From: Balanoglossus misakiensis
Lineage: Eukaryota > Animalia > Hemichordata
DNA length: 64,000 bases
NCBI GenBank assembly: GCA_040954595.2
Contig: CM082583.2
Coordinates: forward strand, 2,923,060 to 2,987,059
Reading direction: 5' to 3'
Shown here piece after piece: positions 37,749-50,795 of this stretch; position 1 is the stretch's first letter; each line of letters begins with the position of its first letter. Made by a program: the position numbers and the translations under genes. Under the pieces are notes generated by a model that saw only the letters and a program-made list of their open reading frames with translations, made no database searches and was not told where the DNA came from.

Positions 37749-39916
37749 TAGGGCCCAAGCCCAGCAGGCTTGGGCCCTATTGGTATTACTGGGGTTTTTC
37801 TTCTACTTCTTCTTCTTCTTCTTCTTGTGTCGTTTTTTTGTCCACCTAGATCGTGAAAACGGCTGAACCTACAAATCTCACATTTGGCACAATGGTGCAG
37901 GCCTATGAGAGCTGGTGCAGTACACTTGTGAATGTGTAATGAGTCATGTGACCTGATGACCATATATGGGCAAAAATTTTAATTTGGCCTAATTTGCATA
38001 TGAATGGAGATATCAAAATTCTGTTCAGATGCTTTGTGGACCATATGGCCAGGGTTCTACATGCCAAATGTCAAGGCCATAAGCCATGTCAATTTTGAGA
38101 AGAAGATTTTTAAGTATTATTTTCCATATTTTTCGCTCAAGCCATGGGCCTATACTTTACATAGTTAAGCTATTACCACAGATTATTTTGGATAAATATA
38201 CATACATATCTCAAAATCTGTTTGGCCGATCAATTCCAAAGTTGCTGTGCAGCTAGCCTAGCATTTGTCAATCATTTTAAGCGAAAAAAAATATATGAAA
38301 AATCAACCGATTTTTTTATATTAATTTTTTTATTAAATGTATACCTTTACTTATAGCTCCATAGTTAAGCTATGTCCACGTCTTATTGTGGAATTCTGGT
38401 CTGTGCAATGGTCCTGTAAAGTGACTGTCTATTGGCCAGTGAGCAGAATGGGACCAAAATAAAAGGCAAAATTTTGGGCTCACCTGTAACACCTGCTTAA
38501 CTCATTTATTATGTGCATACCTAATTCTGGGCTAACTAAGAGGGCTAGAGGTTTCGTTCTTGTGGGACATGGACCAGTATAGGGTCAAAATTTCTTGCCC
38601 AAATTTTGGGTGACCTCAGGTGACCTTTGACCTACTTTCCTATATCTCGGCATCCAGAGCAGGTACAGACTTGGCGTTTGGAGGGTTGGGACTAAAATTG
38701 AAAAGCCGAAATGGGGGTCACCTGCGACACCTGCATATCTCATTAATTATGTGCATACCTAATTCCAGGCTAACCAATAGGGCTATAGGTTTGGTTTTTG
38801 TTGAACATGGACCAGTATAGGGTCAACATTTCTTGCCCAAATTTTGTATGACCTCAGGTGACCTTTGACCTACTTTACGATATCTTGGCATCCAGAGCAG
38901 GTACAGACTTGGCGTTTGGAGGGCTGGGACTAAAATTGAAAAGCCGAAATGGGGGTCACCTGTGACACCTGCATATCTCATTAATTATGTGCATACCTAA
39001 TTCCAGGCTAACCAATAGGGCTATAGGTTTGGTTTTTGTTGAACATGGACCAGTATAGGGTCAAAATTTCTTGCCCAAATTTTGTATGACCTCAGGTGAC
39101 CTTTGACCTACTTTACCATATCTTGGCATCCAGAGCAGGTACAGACTTGGCGTTTGGAGGGTTGGGACTAAAATTGAAAAGCCGAAATGGGGGTCACCTG
39201 TGACACCTGCATATCTCATTAATTATGTGCATACCTAATTCCAGGCTAACCAATAGGGCTATAGGTTTGGTTTTTGTTGAACATGGACCAGTATAGGGTC
39301 AAAATTTCTTGCCCAAATTTTGTATGACCTCAGGTGACCTTTGACCTACTTTACCATATCTTGGCATCCAGAGCAGGTACAGACTTGGCGTTTGGAGGGT
39401 TGGGACTAAAATTGAAAAGCCGAAATGGGGGTCACCTGTGACACCTGCATATCTCATTAATTATGTGCATACCTAATTCCAGGCTAACCAATAGGGCTAT
39501 AGGTTTGGTTTTTGTTGAACATGGACCAGTATAGGGTCAAAATTTCTTGCCCAAATTTTGTATGACCTCAGGTGACCTTTGACCTACTTTACCATATCTT
39601 GGCATCCAGAGCAGGTACAGACTTGGCGTTTGGAGGGTTGGGACTAAAATTGAAAAGACAAAATTTGGGGTCACATGTGACACCTGCATATCTCATTAAT
39701 TATGTGCATACCTAATTCCAGGCTAACCAATAGGGCTATAGGTTTGGTTTTTGTCGGACATGGACTAGTATAGGGTCAAAATTTCTTGCCCAAATTTTTG
39801 CATGACCTCAGGTGACCTTTGACATATTTTTCCAAATCCAGAGCAGATATGCTTATTGCTATGTTGCTATGTGCTATGTTGGCTTGGGCCCGCTATTGCT
39901 GCTTGCAGCTATATTT
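37749..39916 (+). mobile_element. HINE family A, copy 1 (innermost, uninterrupted)
   Basis: 5' subTIR hairpin, (CTT)n microsatellite, core, about six 238-bp tandem units, 3' subTIR at 39881-39891 and stem-loop gctgcttgcagc. Confidence 0.88.
38450..39830 (+). repeat. 238-bp tandem array inside HINE A1
   Basis: tgacctttga recurs at 38621, 38859, 39097, 39335, 39573 and 39813; related units occur in all other bodies. Confidence 0.95.
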
Positions 39917-41565
39917 CTTCTACTTCTTCTTCTTCTTCTTCTTGTGTCGTTTTTTTGTCCAGCTAGATCTGGAGAACGGCTGAACCTACCAATTTCAAAC
40001 TTAGTACAATGGTGCAGGCCAATGAGAGCTGGTGCAGTACCCTCGTGAATGTTTAATTAGTCACGTGACCTGATGACCATATATGGGCAAAATTTTCAAA
40101 TCGCCCTAATTTGCATATGAATTGAGATATCAAAATTCTGTTCAGATACTTTGTGGACCATATGGCCAGGGTTCTACATGCCAAATGTCAAGGCCATAGG
40201 CCATGTCAATTTTGAGGAGAAGATTTTTAAGTATTATTTTCCATATTTTTCGCCCAAGCCATCGGCCTATACTTTACATAGTAAAGCTATGACCACATAT
40301 TATTTTGGATAAATATGCATACATATCTCAAAATCTGTTAGGCCGATCATCTCCAACTTTGGTGTGCAGCTAGTCTAGCATTTGTCAATAATTTTAAGCG
40401 AAAAAAAATAATATGAAAAATCGACCGATTTTTTTATATTAATTTTTTTATTAAATTTATACATTTACTTATACCTCTATGGTTTAGCTATGTCCATGTC
40501 TTATTGTGGAATTCTGGTCTGTGCAATAGTCCTGTAAAGTGACTGTCTATTGGTCAGTGAGCACAATAGCACCAAAATAAAAGGCACGATTTTAGGCTCA
40601 CCTGTAACACCTGCTTAACTCATTAATTATGTGCATACCTAATTCTGGGCTAACTAAGAGGGCTAGAGGTTTCGTTCTTGTGGGACATGGGCCAGTATAG
40701 GGTCAACATTTCTTGCCCAAATTTTGGGTGACCCCAGGTGACCTTTGACCTACTTTCCTATATCTCGGCATCCAGAGCAGGTACATACTTGGCGTTTGGA
40801 GGGTTGGGACTAAAGTTGAAAAGCCAAAAAGGGGGTCACCTGTGACACCTGCATATCTCATTAATTATGTGCATACCTAATTCAAGGCTAACCAATAGGG
40901 CAATAGGTTTGGTTTTTGTTGAACATGGACCTGTTTAGGGTCAAAATGTCTTGCCCAAATTTTGTATGACCTCAGGTGACCTTTGACCTACTTAACCAGA
41001 TCTTGGCATCCAGAGCAGGTACAGACTTGGCGTTTGGAGCGTTGGGACTAAAATTGAAGAGGCAAAATTGGGGGTCACCTGTGACACCTGCCTACATCAT
41101 TAATTATGTGCATACCTAATTCCAGGCTAACCAATAGGGCTATAGGTTTGGTTTTTGTTGAACGTGGACCAGTATAGGGTCAAAATTTATTGCCCAAATT
41201 TTGCATGACCTCAGGTGACCTTTGACCTACTTTACCATATCTTGGCATCCAGAGCAGATACAGAATTGGCGTTTAGATGGTTGGGACTAAAATTAAAAAG
41301 CCAAATTGGGGGGTCACCTGTGACACCTGCCTACCTCATTAATTATGTGCATACCTAATTCCAGGCTAACCAATAGGGCTATAGGTTTGGTTTTTGATGA
41401 ACATGGACCAGTATAGGGTCAAAATTTCTCGCCCAAATTTTGCATGACCTCAGGTGACCTTTGACCTACTTTTCCATATCTTGGCATCCAGAGCAGATAT
41501 GCTTATTGCTATGTTGCTATGTGCTATGTTGGCTTGGGCCCGCCATTGCTGCTTGCAGCTATATT
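39917..41565 (+). mobile_element. HINE family A, copy 2 body and 3' end (head at 37699)
   Basis: Resumes with cttctacttcttc exactly as copy 1 does after its head; about four 238-bp units; same 3' end. Confidence 0.88.
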
Positions 41566-42987
41566 CTTTCTTTCTTTTTTCTTGTGTCAATTTCTTCGGC
41601 CAACGAGATCTCTGAAACTACTGCAGGTACACTTCTCAAACTTGATACAGTGGTCAAGGTCAATGAGTAGATGTGCAGTGACTTGTGAATAATTAATTAG
41701 TCACGTGACCTGGCGGCCATATTGGATTTTCTGAAAAAATTCAAATCTCAGATCTCAGAAACTACAAGTCAGATCGACTTCAAATTTGGCATGCAGGTAG
41801 ACTACCTTCTACCCATCATTTTTGTAATTGGAAATTTTGCTGTCAATGTTGCAGTTTTTTTGCTACAATTTTTTTTCTGAAATCTGGCTTAAATTTCAAA
41901 AATCTTCTTCTCCAGAACCAGTGATAACCGAGACACGGGGTTTGGGGTATGTGGTCACCTAACTGATGTCTATCAAGTTTGCGAAGATCATTGTGATTGG
42001 TCAAAGATTATGGCGGCCATATTGGATTTTAGAAAAACCATTGTTAAACTCCAAAAATCTTCCTCTCCAGAACGGGCGATGACTGAGTCGCAAGATTCGG
42101 GGAGTATGGTCACTACACTGATGTCTATCAAGTTTGCAAAGAGCATTGTGATTGGTCGAAGATTATGGCGGCCATATTGGATTTTGTAAAAAGCAGTGAA
42201 AAATTGAAATTCCTTTTTCTAGTCTAAAAATTGATAGCATACAAATTCTTTTTATGGATATCAATCGTCATGTGACTAAAATATGTCACAATTTTTTGGC
42301 GATTTTTCACATGACCTTTGACCTACTTATCACGCGTTATTATTTCTGCATATCTAATTCCAGGCTAACCTATAGGGCTAGACGTTTGGTTTTTGATGAA
42401 TGTGGATTAGTGTGTGATCAAAATATTTTGCTACTTTTCATGACCCCTTTGACCTCTGCTGACCTCATTAATTATGTGCATAGCTAATTACAGGCGAACC
42501 AATAGAGCTAGAGGTTTGGTTTTTGTTGGACACAGACCAGTATGGGATCAAAATTTTTTGCCCAAATGTTGCGTGACCTCTGGTGACCTTTGACCTACTT
42601 TCGCATATCTCAGCATCCAGAGCAGATACAGCCATGGCATTTGGTAGGATGGGACCAAAATGTAAAGCCACATTTTTGGGTCACCTATGACACCTGCTGA
42701 CCTCATTAAATATGCACATACCTAATTACAGGCGAACCAATAGAGCTAGAGTTTTGGTTTTTGTTGGACATGGACCAGTATGGGTCAAAAAAAAATTGCC
42801 CAAATGTTGGGTGACCTCAGGTGACCTTTGACCTACTTCACCCTATTTAAGCAGCAAAAATACACACGTCCTTGTTATGTCATGAGATAATACATCCGAT
42901 AGAAAATTCTGTTTCTTCTCATTCATACTGTGCATATATAATTCAAGATCAGCGCTTGGGCCCGACAATGCTGCTCGCAGCTTTAAT
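41566..42987 (+). mobile_element. HINE family B, copy 1 body and 3' end (head at 37645)
   Basis: 3' subTIR gcgcttgggccc is complementary to gggcccaagcgc of heads 37591/37645; stem-loop gctgctcgcagc. Confidence 0.88.
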
Positions 42988-44399
42988 CTTTCTTTCTTTT
43001 TTCTTGTGTCAATTTCTTCGGCCAACGAGATCTCTGAAACTACTGCAGGTACACTTCTCAAACTTGCTACAGTGGTCAAGGTCAATGAGTAGATGTGCAG
43101 TGACTTGTGAATAATTAATTAGTCACGTGACCTGGCGGCCATATTGGATTTTCTGAAAAAATTCAAATCTCAGATCTCAGAAACTACAAGTCAGATCTAC
43201 TTCAAATTTGGCATGCAGGTAGACTACCTTCTACCCATCATTTTTGTAATTGGAAATTTTGCTGTCAATGTTGCAGTTTTTTTGCTACAATTTTTTTTCT
43301 GAAATCTGGCTTAAATTTCAAAAATCTTCTTCTCCAGAACCAGTGATAACCGAGACACGGGGTTTGGGCTATGTGGTCACCTAACTGATGTCTATCAAGT
43401 TTGCGAAGATCATTGTGATTGGTCGAAGATTATGGCGGCCATATTGGATTTTCGAAAAACCATAGTTAAACTCCAAAAATCTTCTTCTCCAGAACGGGCG
43501 ATGACTGAGTCGCAAGATTCGGGGAGTATGGTCACTACACTGATGTCTATTTAGTTTGCAAAGAGCATTGTGATTGGTCGAAGATTATGGCGGCCATATT
43601 GGATTTTGTAAAAAGCAGTGAAAAATTGAAATTCCTTTTTCTAGTCTAAAAATTGATAGCATACAAATTCTTTTTATGGATATCAATCGTCATGTGACTA
43701 AAATATGTTACAATTTTTTGGCGATTTTTCACATGACCTTTGACCTACTTATCACGCGTTATTATTTCTGCATATCTAATTCCAGGCTAACCTATAGGGC
43801 TAGACGTTTGGTTTTTGATGAATGTGGATTAGTGTGTGGTCAAAATATTTTGCTACTTTTCATGACCCCTTTGACCTCTGCTGACCTCATTAATTATGTG
43901 CATAGCTAATTAAAGGCGAACCAATAGAGCTAGAGGTTTGGTTTTTGTTGGACAAAGACCAGTATGGGATCAAAATTTTTTGCCCAAATGTTGCGTGACC
44001 TCTGGTGACCTTTGACCTACTTTCGCATATCTCAGCATCCAGAGCAGATACAGCCATGGCATTTGGTAGGATGGGACCAAAATGTAAAGCCACATTTTTG
44101 GGTCACCTGTGACACCTGCTGACCTCATTAAATATGCACATGCCTAATTACAGGCGAACCAATAGAGCTAGAGTTTTGGTTTTTGTTGGACATGGACCAG
44201 TATGGGTAAAAAAAATTGCCCAAATGTTGGGTGACCTTAGGTGACCTTTCACCTACTTTCAGCAGCAAAAATACACACATCCTTGTTATGTCATGAGATA
44301 ATACATCCGATAGAAAATTCTGTTTCTTCTCATTCATACTGTGCATATATAATTCAAGATCAGCGCTTGGGCCCGACAATGCTGCTCGCAGCTTTAATT
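42988..44399 (+). mobile_element. HINE family B, copy 2 body and 3' end (head at 37591)
   Basis: Near-identical to 41566-42987. Confidence 0.88.
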
Positions 44400-45811
44400 C
44401 TTTCTTTATTCTTATGTCAATCTTTGCTCTCCTAGATCTCTGAAACGGCTACAGGTACACTTCTCAAACTTGCTACAGTGGTCAAGGTCAATGAGTAGAT
44501 GTGCAGTGGCTTGTGAATATTTAATTAGTCACGTGACCTGGCGGCCATATTGGATTTTCTGAAAATGTTTAAATGGCTTCTTCTCAAAAACCACAGGGCC
44601 AATCAAGTTCAAATTTGGTGTATGGTACACATGTCCTCTGCCCTTCAAAAATTGACAATAAAATCCTGAGCGGTCACGTGACCTTGGCCGCCATATTGGA
44701 TTTTCGAAAAAGTACAGTAAAATCTTCAAAAATCTTCTTCTCCAGAACCGGCAATAACCGAGTCATGGGATTTAGGGTATGACATCACCTAACTGATGTC
44801 TATCAAGTTTGCGAAGAGCGTTGTGATTGGTCGAAGATTATGGCGGCCATATTGGATTTTGTAAAAACCAGTGAAAATTAAGAAATCATTTTTCTAGTCT
44901 AAAAATAGATAGCATACAAATTCTTTTTGTTGATATGAGTCGTCATATGACTAGAATATGTTGCAAATTTTTTGGCAATTTTCACATGACCTTTGACCTA
45001 CTTTTTTAAGAACCTGCATATATGCATATATAGCTCATACTACCTGTTCTAAATGTACCAGAGTTCTGATTTTTGTGCACATTGGTATCATCCCTGCCAG
45101 GACCTACCCCAAATATTTTGGTAATTTTGGCAATGACCTTTGACCTACTTTTGACACATCGTTTTTTCTGCATATCTAATTCCAGGCTAACCAATAGGGC
45201 TATAAGTTTGGTTTTTGATGTATGTGGATTTGTATGTGATCAAATAATTTTGCTACTTTTCGTGACCCCTTTGACCTCTGCTGACCTCATTAAATATGCA
45301 CATACCTAATTACAGATGAACCAATAGACCTAGAGGTTTTGTTTTTTTTATACATGGACCTTTATGGTGTCAAAATATTTTGCCCAAATGTTGGGTGACC
45401 TCGGGTGACCTTTGACCTACTTTTGCATATCTCGACATCCACAGCAGATACAGCCTTGGCGTTTGGAGGTATGGGGCCATAATGAAAAGCCAAAGTTTTG
45501 GGTCACCTGTGACACCTGCTTAACTCATTATTTATGTGTATACCTAATTCCGGGCTAACCAAAAGGGCTAGAGGTCTGGTTTTTGTTGGACATGGACCAC
45601 TATGGGTCAAAATTTTCTGCCCAAATTGTGGGTGACCTCTGGGTGACCTTTGACCTACTTAACACTATATCAACACCAAACATAGATATAACCTTGATAT
45701 TTCATGGGATAAAACACAGCATTATGTTTCTACTCATTAATTATGTGCATTTCTAATAATCAGACCAGATAATAGAGCTTGGGCCCGGACAATGCTGCTT
45801 GCAGCTTTAAT

Positions 45812-48065
45812 TACGGGCCCAAGCCAAGCCAGGCTTGGGCCCGTATTGGTTTCGTTGGAATTTTTAGGGCCCAAGCGCACGCAAGCGCTTGGGCCCTATT
45901 GGTTTCGTTGGGGTTTTTAGGGCCCAAGCGCATACCAGCGCTTGGGCCCTATTGGTTTCGTTGGGGTTTTTCTGTCTTTCCTTCTTTCTTCTTTCTTCTT
46001 TCTTCTTCTTTCTTTATTCTTGTGTCAATTCTTTGTCGCTCTAGATCTCAGACACCACTGCAGGTACACTTCTCAAACTTGCTACAGTGGTCAAGGTCAA
46101 TGAGTAGATGTGCATTGAACCCTTGAATTTTTAATTAGTCACGTGACCTGGCGGCCATATTAGATTTTCTGAAAAAATGCAAATCTCAGATCTCAGAAAC
46201 TACAAGTCAGATCGACTTCAAACTTGGTGTGCAGGTAGTCTACCTTCTACCCATCATTTTTGTAATTGGATATTTTGCTGTCAATGTTGCAGTTTTTTTG
46301 CTACAGTTGTTTTTCTGAAATCTGGTCAAAATTTCAAAAATCTTCTTCTCCAGAACCGGCGATAACCGAGTCACGCGGTTTGGGGTATGTGGTCACCAAA
46401 CTGAGGTCTATCAAGTTTGCGAAGATCATTGTGATTGGTCGAAGATTATGGCGGCCATATTGGATTTTCGAAAAACCCTAGTAAAATTTCAAAAATCTTC
46501 TTCTCAAGAACCGGCGATAACCGAGTCACAAGATTTGGTGTGTGTGGTCATTAAACAGATGTCTATCAAGTTTGCGAAGATCATTGTGATTGGTCGAAGA
46601 TTTTGGCGGCCATATTGGATTTTGTGAACAACGATTAAAAAGTAAAAATTCTGTTTCTAGCCTAAAAATTGATAGCACAGAAATTCTTTTTATGGATATG
46701 AATCATCATATGACAAGAATAAGCTATAAATATTTTGGTAATTTTGGCAATGACCTTTGACCTACTTTTGACGCATCATTTTTCTGCATATCTAATTCCA
46801 GGCTAACCAATAGGGCTATAAGTTTGGTTTTTGATGTATGTGGTTTTGTATGTGATCAAAAATTTTTGCTACTTTTCATGACCCCTTTGACCTCTGCTGA
46901 CCTCATTAAATATGCGCATACCTAATTACAGATGAACCAAATGACCTAGAGGTTTGTTTTTTTCTGGACATGGATCAGTATGGGGTCAAAATATTTTGCC
47001 CAAATGTTGGATGACCTCGGGTGACCTTTGACCTACTTTTGCATATCTCGACATCCACAGCAGATACAGCCTTGGCGTTTGGAGGTATGGGGCCATAATG
47101 AAAAGCCAAAGTTTTGGGTCACCTGTGACACCTGCTTAACTCATTAAGTATGCGCATACCTAATTACAGACGAACTAATAGATCTAGAGTTTTTGTTTTT
47201 TTTGGACATGGACCAGTATTTGGTCAAAGAATTTTGGGTGACCTCAGTGACCTTTTACCTACTTTCTCATATCTTGGCATCCACTGCAGGTACAGGCTTA
47301 GCATTTGGAGGGATGGAACACCTCACCGAATCCCACAATTTACCCCATTAATTATTCGCATATATAATTCCAAGCGAACCAATAGGGCTAGAGGTGTGTT
47401 TTTGTTGAATTCAAAAGTTTTTGCCCAAATTTTGGATGAACTGAGGTGACTTTTAACCTACTTTACCATATCTCGGCACCAACAGTAGCTACAGCCTTGT
47501 CCTTTCGAGGGATGGGATCAAAATTAAAAGGCAAATTTTGGGGTCACCTGTGACACCTGCTTGACTCATTAATTACGTGCATACCTGATTCCAGGCCTAC
47601 CAAATGGAATAGAGGTCTGGTTTTTGTTGAACATGGACCAATATGGGGTCACAATCTTTTGCCAAAATTTAGGGTGACCTGACCTGACCTTTACAGGAGT
47701 TACATCCTTTGTTTTTTGAGGGATGGGACAAAAATGAAAAGCTAAATTTTTGGTTAATCTGTGACACCTTCTTAACCTCATTAATTATGCACATACCTAA
47801 TTCCAGGCTAACCAACACAGCTAGCAGTTCCATTTCAGTTGGGCATGGACCAGTATGGCATCAAAATATTTTGGAGCAATTTTTTTGTGAACTTTGACCT
47901 AATTTTACAAATCTCGGCATCCAGGGCAGATACCGCTTTACTCATGTTGTCGGACACCTTACCACATTAAATTTTACGCTGACCAATAGTGGCAGAAGGG
48001 AAGCTGGGACCAGTATGGGACCAAATTTTTGACAAATTTTTGGGTAACCTTGGGATGACCTTTTA
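45812..48065 (+). mobile_element. Second stack: three HINE/Helentron heads (45812, 45865, 45918) and body D with decaying ~240-bp units; no 3' end in the window
   Basis: Heads 45812 and 45865 match heads 37538 and 37591; third head is a new variant (loop cataccag); body shares sequence with bodies B and C. Confidence 0.85.
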
Positions 48066-49425
48066 GTTTTCATTATCGTGATATGTTGAAACACTTAATG
48101 CGTTCTTATACTTCACCTCCTTATTTTGCCTACAACAAATAGTATCCTTAAAAATAAGAGGGCTTACATGTTTTGTGTTTTGGATCTCCACTAGTATGTG
48201 ACAACATTATTTGAGAAATATTTGTGTATTAGACCTTCAAGTTTTCTTTATCTTGGTATCCGGAAAATCTACCAAACCAGATATATTGTACAGAGTACAG
48301 AGAGACATGAAAGTCAGACGTGGACATTTTGTTTTAAGTGGTCAGCGACCTATAATGTAGACTAAAATAAAGAGATGACTACAGTAAAAGGCTTATGTTA
48401 AAAAGCAATGATTCAACTTACAGGTTTATCTGAAGCACATAAAACAAATGGTTGACATCAGTTGAGGTTGGTTTTTGTTATTGCAAGAAACTAAACAAAC
48501 ACAGATTACAATTGTTCACAGTTTTAAGCAATTATATCCAGCTGACAATGGCCAAGTATAATAATAACTAATAATAATAACTAAATAATAAGTTCAGACA
48601 CCATTTAATTTCTGAAAAAGAGGATTAGTGAAATTAAGTTAGCATCTTTCTAAATTGTTTGAACATCCATTTGATACAGTGCATATTTAACACGACAAAT
48701 ACTTAAGAACATATATGTATTATGAGGACATATCTAGTATACAACAAAGCAAATCTGACCTTGACAAAAGTCTACTTGAATTTTAAAATACAGTTCAGCA
48801 TATCCATTAAGACATTTCTTGTTGTGCACAATTTTAGAAAATCAAACGGGACATAGCATTGACAGAAATAGTCATTAAACGTAATCTGACAACTTGATTG
48901 TGTACAAGCCTTAATTGCAGATCATTTGTTAAAGGTACAAAGTAGCTTTTGTTTGCCCTTTTTGATATCATTCAAGAATACAGAGAGTACCTGCATTAAG
49001 TCACTGACTGTGCAATATGCTGTCAGTGCATAACCTAAAAAGGGGTCAGTAAATACCCCTTTGCTGTAAGTAAAGTTGTGATTTTGTGTGTGATACGAAA
49101 TGAATACCTGTACCAAAGTACGTTTCCTTTTGACAAATAACATTGCCATGGCATTGTACATGGCAGTTATACATGAAAGAATACTACACTCTGAGATCTC
49201 ATGCCAAGATCCATGTGGTCTAAATAGTTTGCAACACTGGCTATATATTCAAATACATGGATAAAAGTTTAGCACACAGTGGAAAACTGGGTGGACATCA
49301 TAAATTATTTATGTGAATGTTCAATCTTGTATGTTGATATACAAGCATAGTTCACCAGTACAGTACTGTACTGGTAAACACAGAGCATTAATCCTTTAAG
49401 TCGCTGCACACACACACAGTTTATT

Positions 49426-50008
49426 AGGCTGTTCACAATACTCAGAACGGGTCTGGCCGACCTTTGTCCGGACAATTTTTGTCCCAGTTGAATGGGTTGG
49501 TTTGTATCCTACTCTGGTCCGACTCTGGTCCCACTACGGTGTGTGTGGACACGTTTTGTCCGAATCTGGTCCCAGATTGACATAATAGTGTAGTCCATCG
49601 TTTGACAATGAAGAAAATCGTATGAACAACCATTAGAGGACCAACATGGTTCTGCTTTATAAGGTGAAAGGTTGGCGAGACACCACTGGCCAGGACTGTG
49701 CCAATCACAATGTGAACGGGGACTAAAGATTAGCTTGTCTTGTCACAATCATCAGTGACACGTTTTGCCCGGCCATGGGCCCAGATGTGAACCCACCATA
49801 AGTAGGGGCGCTGAGGCTTAGTCCCATGGACAATGGGTTGCGGAGAGGTGTTACAGTAATTCTTTACACCGGCTCCGGTCTGACCGGCAAATGCTGTCTC
49901 AAATCTAAGCAATTTCAGAACCACTAAACACTGTCCACACCTGATTCTTTAAGATGGTATCTGATCTGAGACGCTTCAGAACCGTCTTAATGGTGTGTAT
50001 GTGACCCT
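49426..50008 (-). mobile_element. Non-autonomous DNA transposon (possibly PIF/Harbinger-like), same family as 15335
   Basis: GC-richer block with imperfect termini aggctgttcacaatac / gtatgtgaccct and homology to 15335-15535. Confidence 0.55.
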
Positions 50009-50359
50009 ATACAGTTTACAGTGTTTCAATAAGTCAAACAACAGGTCCAGTTTTGAATATTAAGTCAACACAAAATGAAAATACATAATTATTTGATTGA
50101 AACCATTCTTGATAATACAAATGACAATTTCAAATCATGTTATAAAATAACTATCTTGACTCAAAATTGGCTATTTACATGGAATACCAAACATCAAGAA
50201 ACTTATTTCAGAATAAAAAGTACAACTTAAATTATTTCTATTACTCTCATAATGCAGGCAAATATCTTTACTGTAATAAAAAATCATCCAGTACAATAAG
50301 TTGTTCAAAATACAGTATTTCATGTTTCTTTTTACAAAATGCAATATATACGCTATACC

Positions 50360-50603
50360 ACACAGTATTAAAAGCAGGTGAATTATGTACATGTACTCAA
50401 TATTGCATACCATATGATCATACAAACAAATGTACACACAGAAGTGAATACCCCATGGTGTAGCAATAAAATTGTTAAATTACACAGTATTAAAAGCAGG
50501 TGAATTATGTACATGTACTCAATATTGCATACCATATGATCATACAAACAAATTTACACACAGAAGTGAATACCCCATGGTGTAGCAATAAAATTGTTAA
50601 ATT
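50360..50603 (+). repeat. 122-bp tandem duplication
   Basis: cacagtattaaaagcagg...aaaattgttaaatt at 50361 and 50483. Confidence 0.95.
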
Positions 50604-50691
50604 GTAATTATATCATACCAAGCAGCAATGTAAATTGTTCTAAAATACTTTTTATATTTAACATAGATTTTATATATACATAGAAAATGAC

Positions 50692-50757
50692 TACATACAT
50701 ACATACATACATACATACATACATACATACATACATACATACATACATGCCTGCATG

Positions 50758-50795
<38 letters not shown>
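50692..50795. repeat. (TACA)n and (CA)n microsatellites
   Basis: Directly visible. Confidence 0.95.

Larger units (their letters stand above)
37538..45811 (+). mobile_element. Nested stack of five Helentron-associated non-autonomous elements; outermost element = head at 37538 plus body C 44400-45811
   Basis: Five 5' hairpin heads containing GGGCCCAAGC (37538, 37591, 37645, 37699, 37749) and five 3' ends GCTTGGGCCC + GCTGCT(T/C)GCAGC stem-loop (ending 39916, 41565, 42987, 44399, 45811). Confidence 0.88.

Noticed and set aside
37538-37800. CRISPR-like array of palindromic repeats (also 45812-45971)
   Set aside because: Intervening sequences are repeated rather than unique, there are no cas genes, the context is eukaryotic, and each palindrome is explained as a transposon 5' end.
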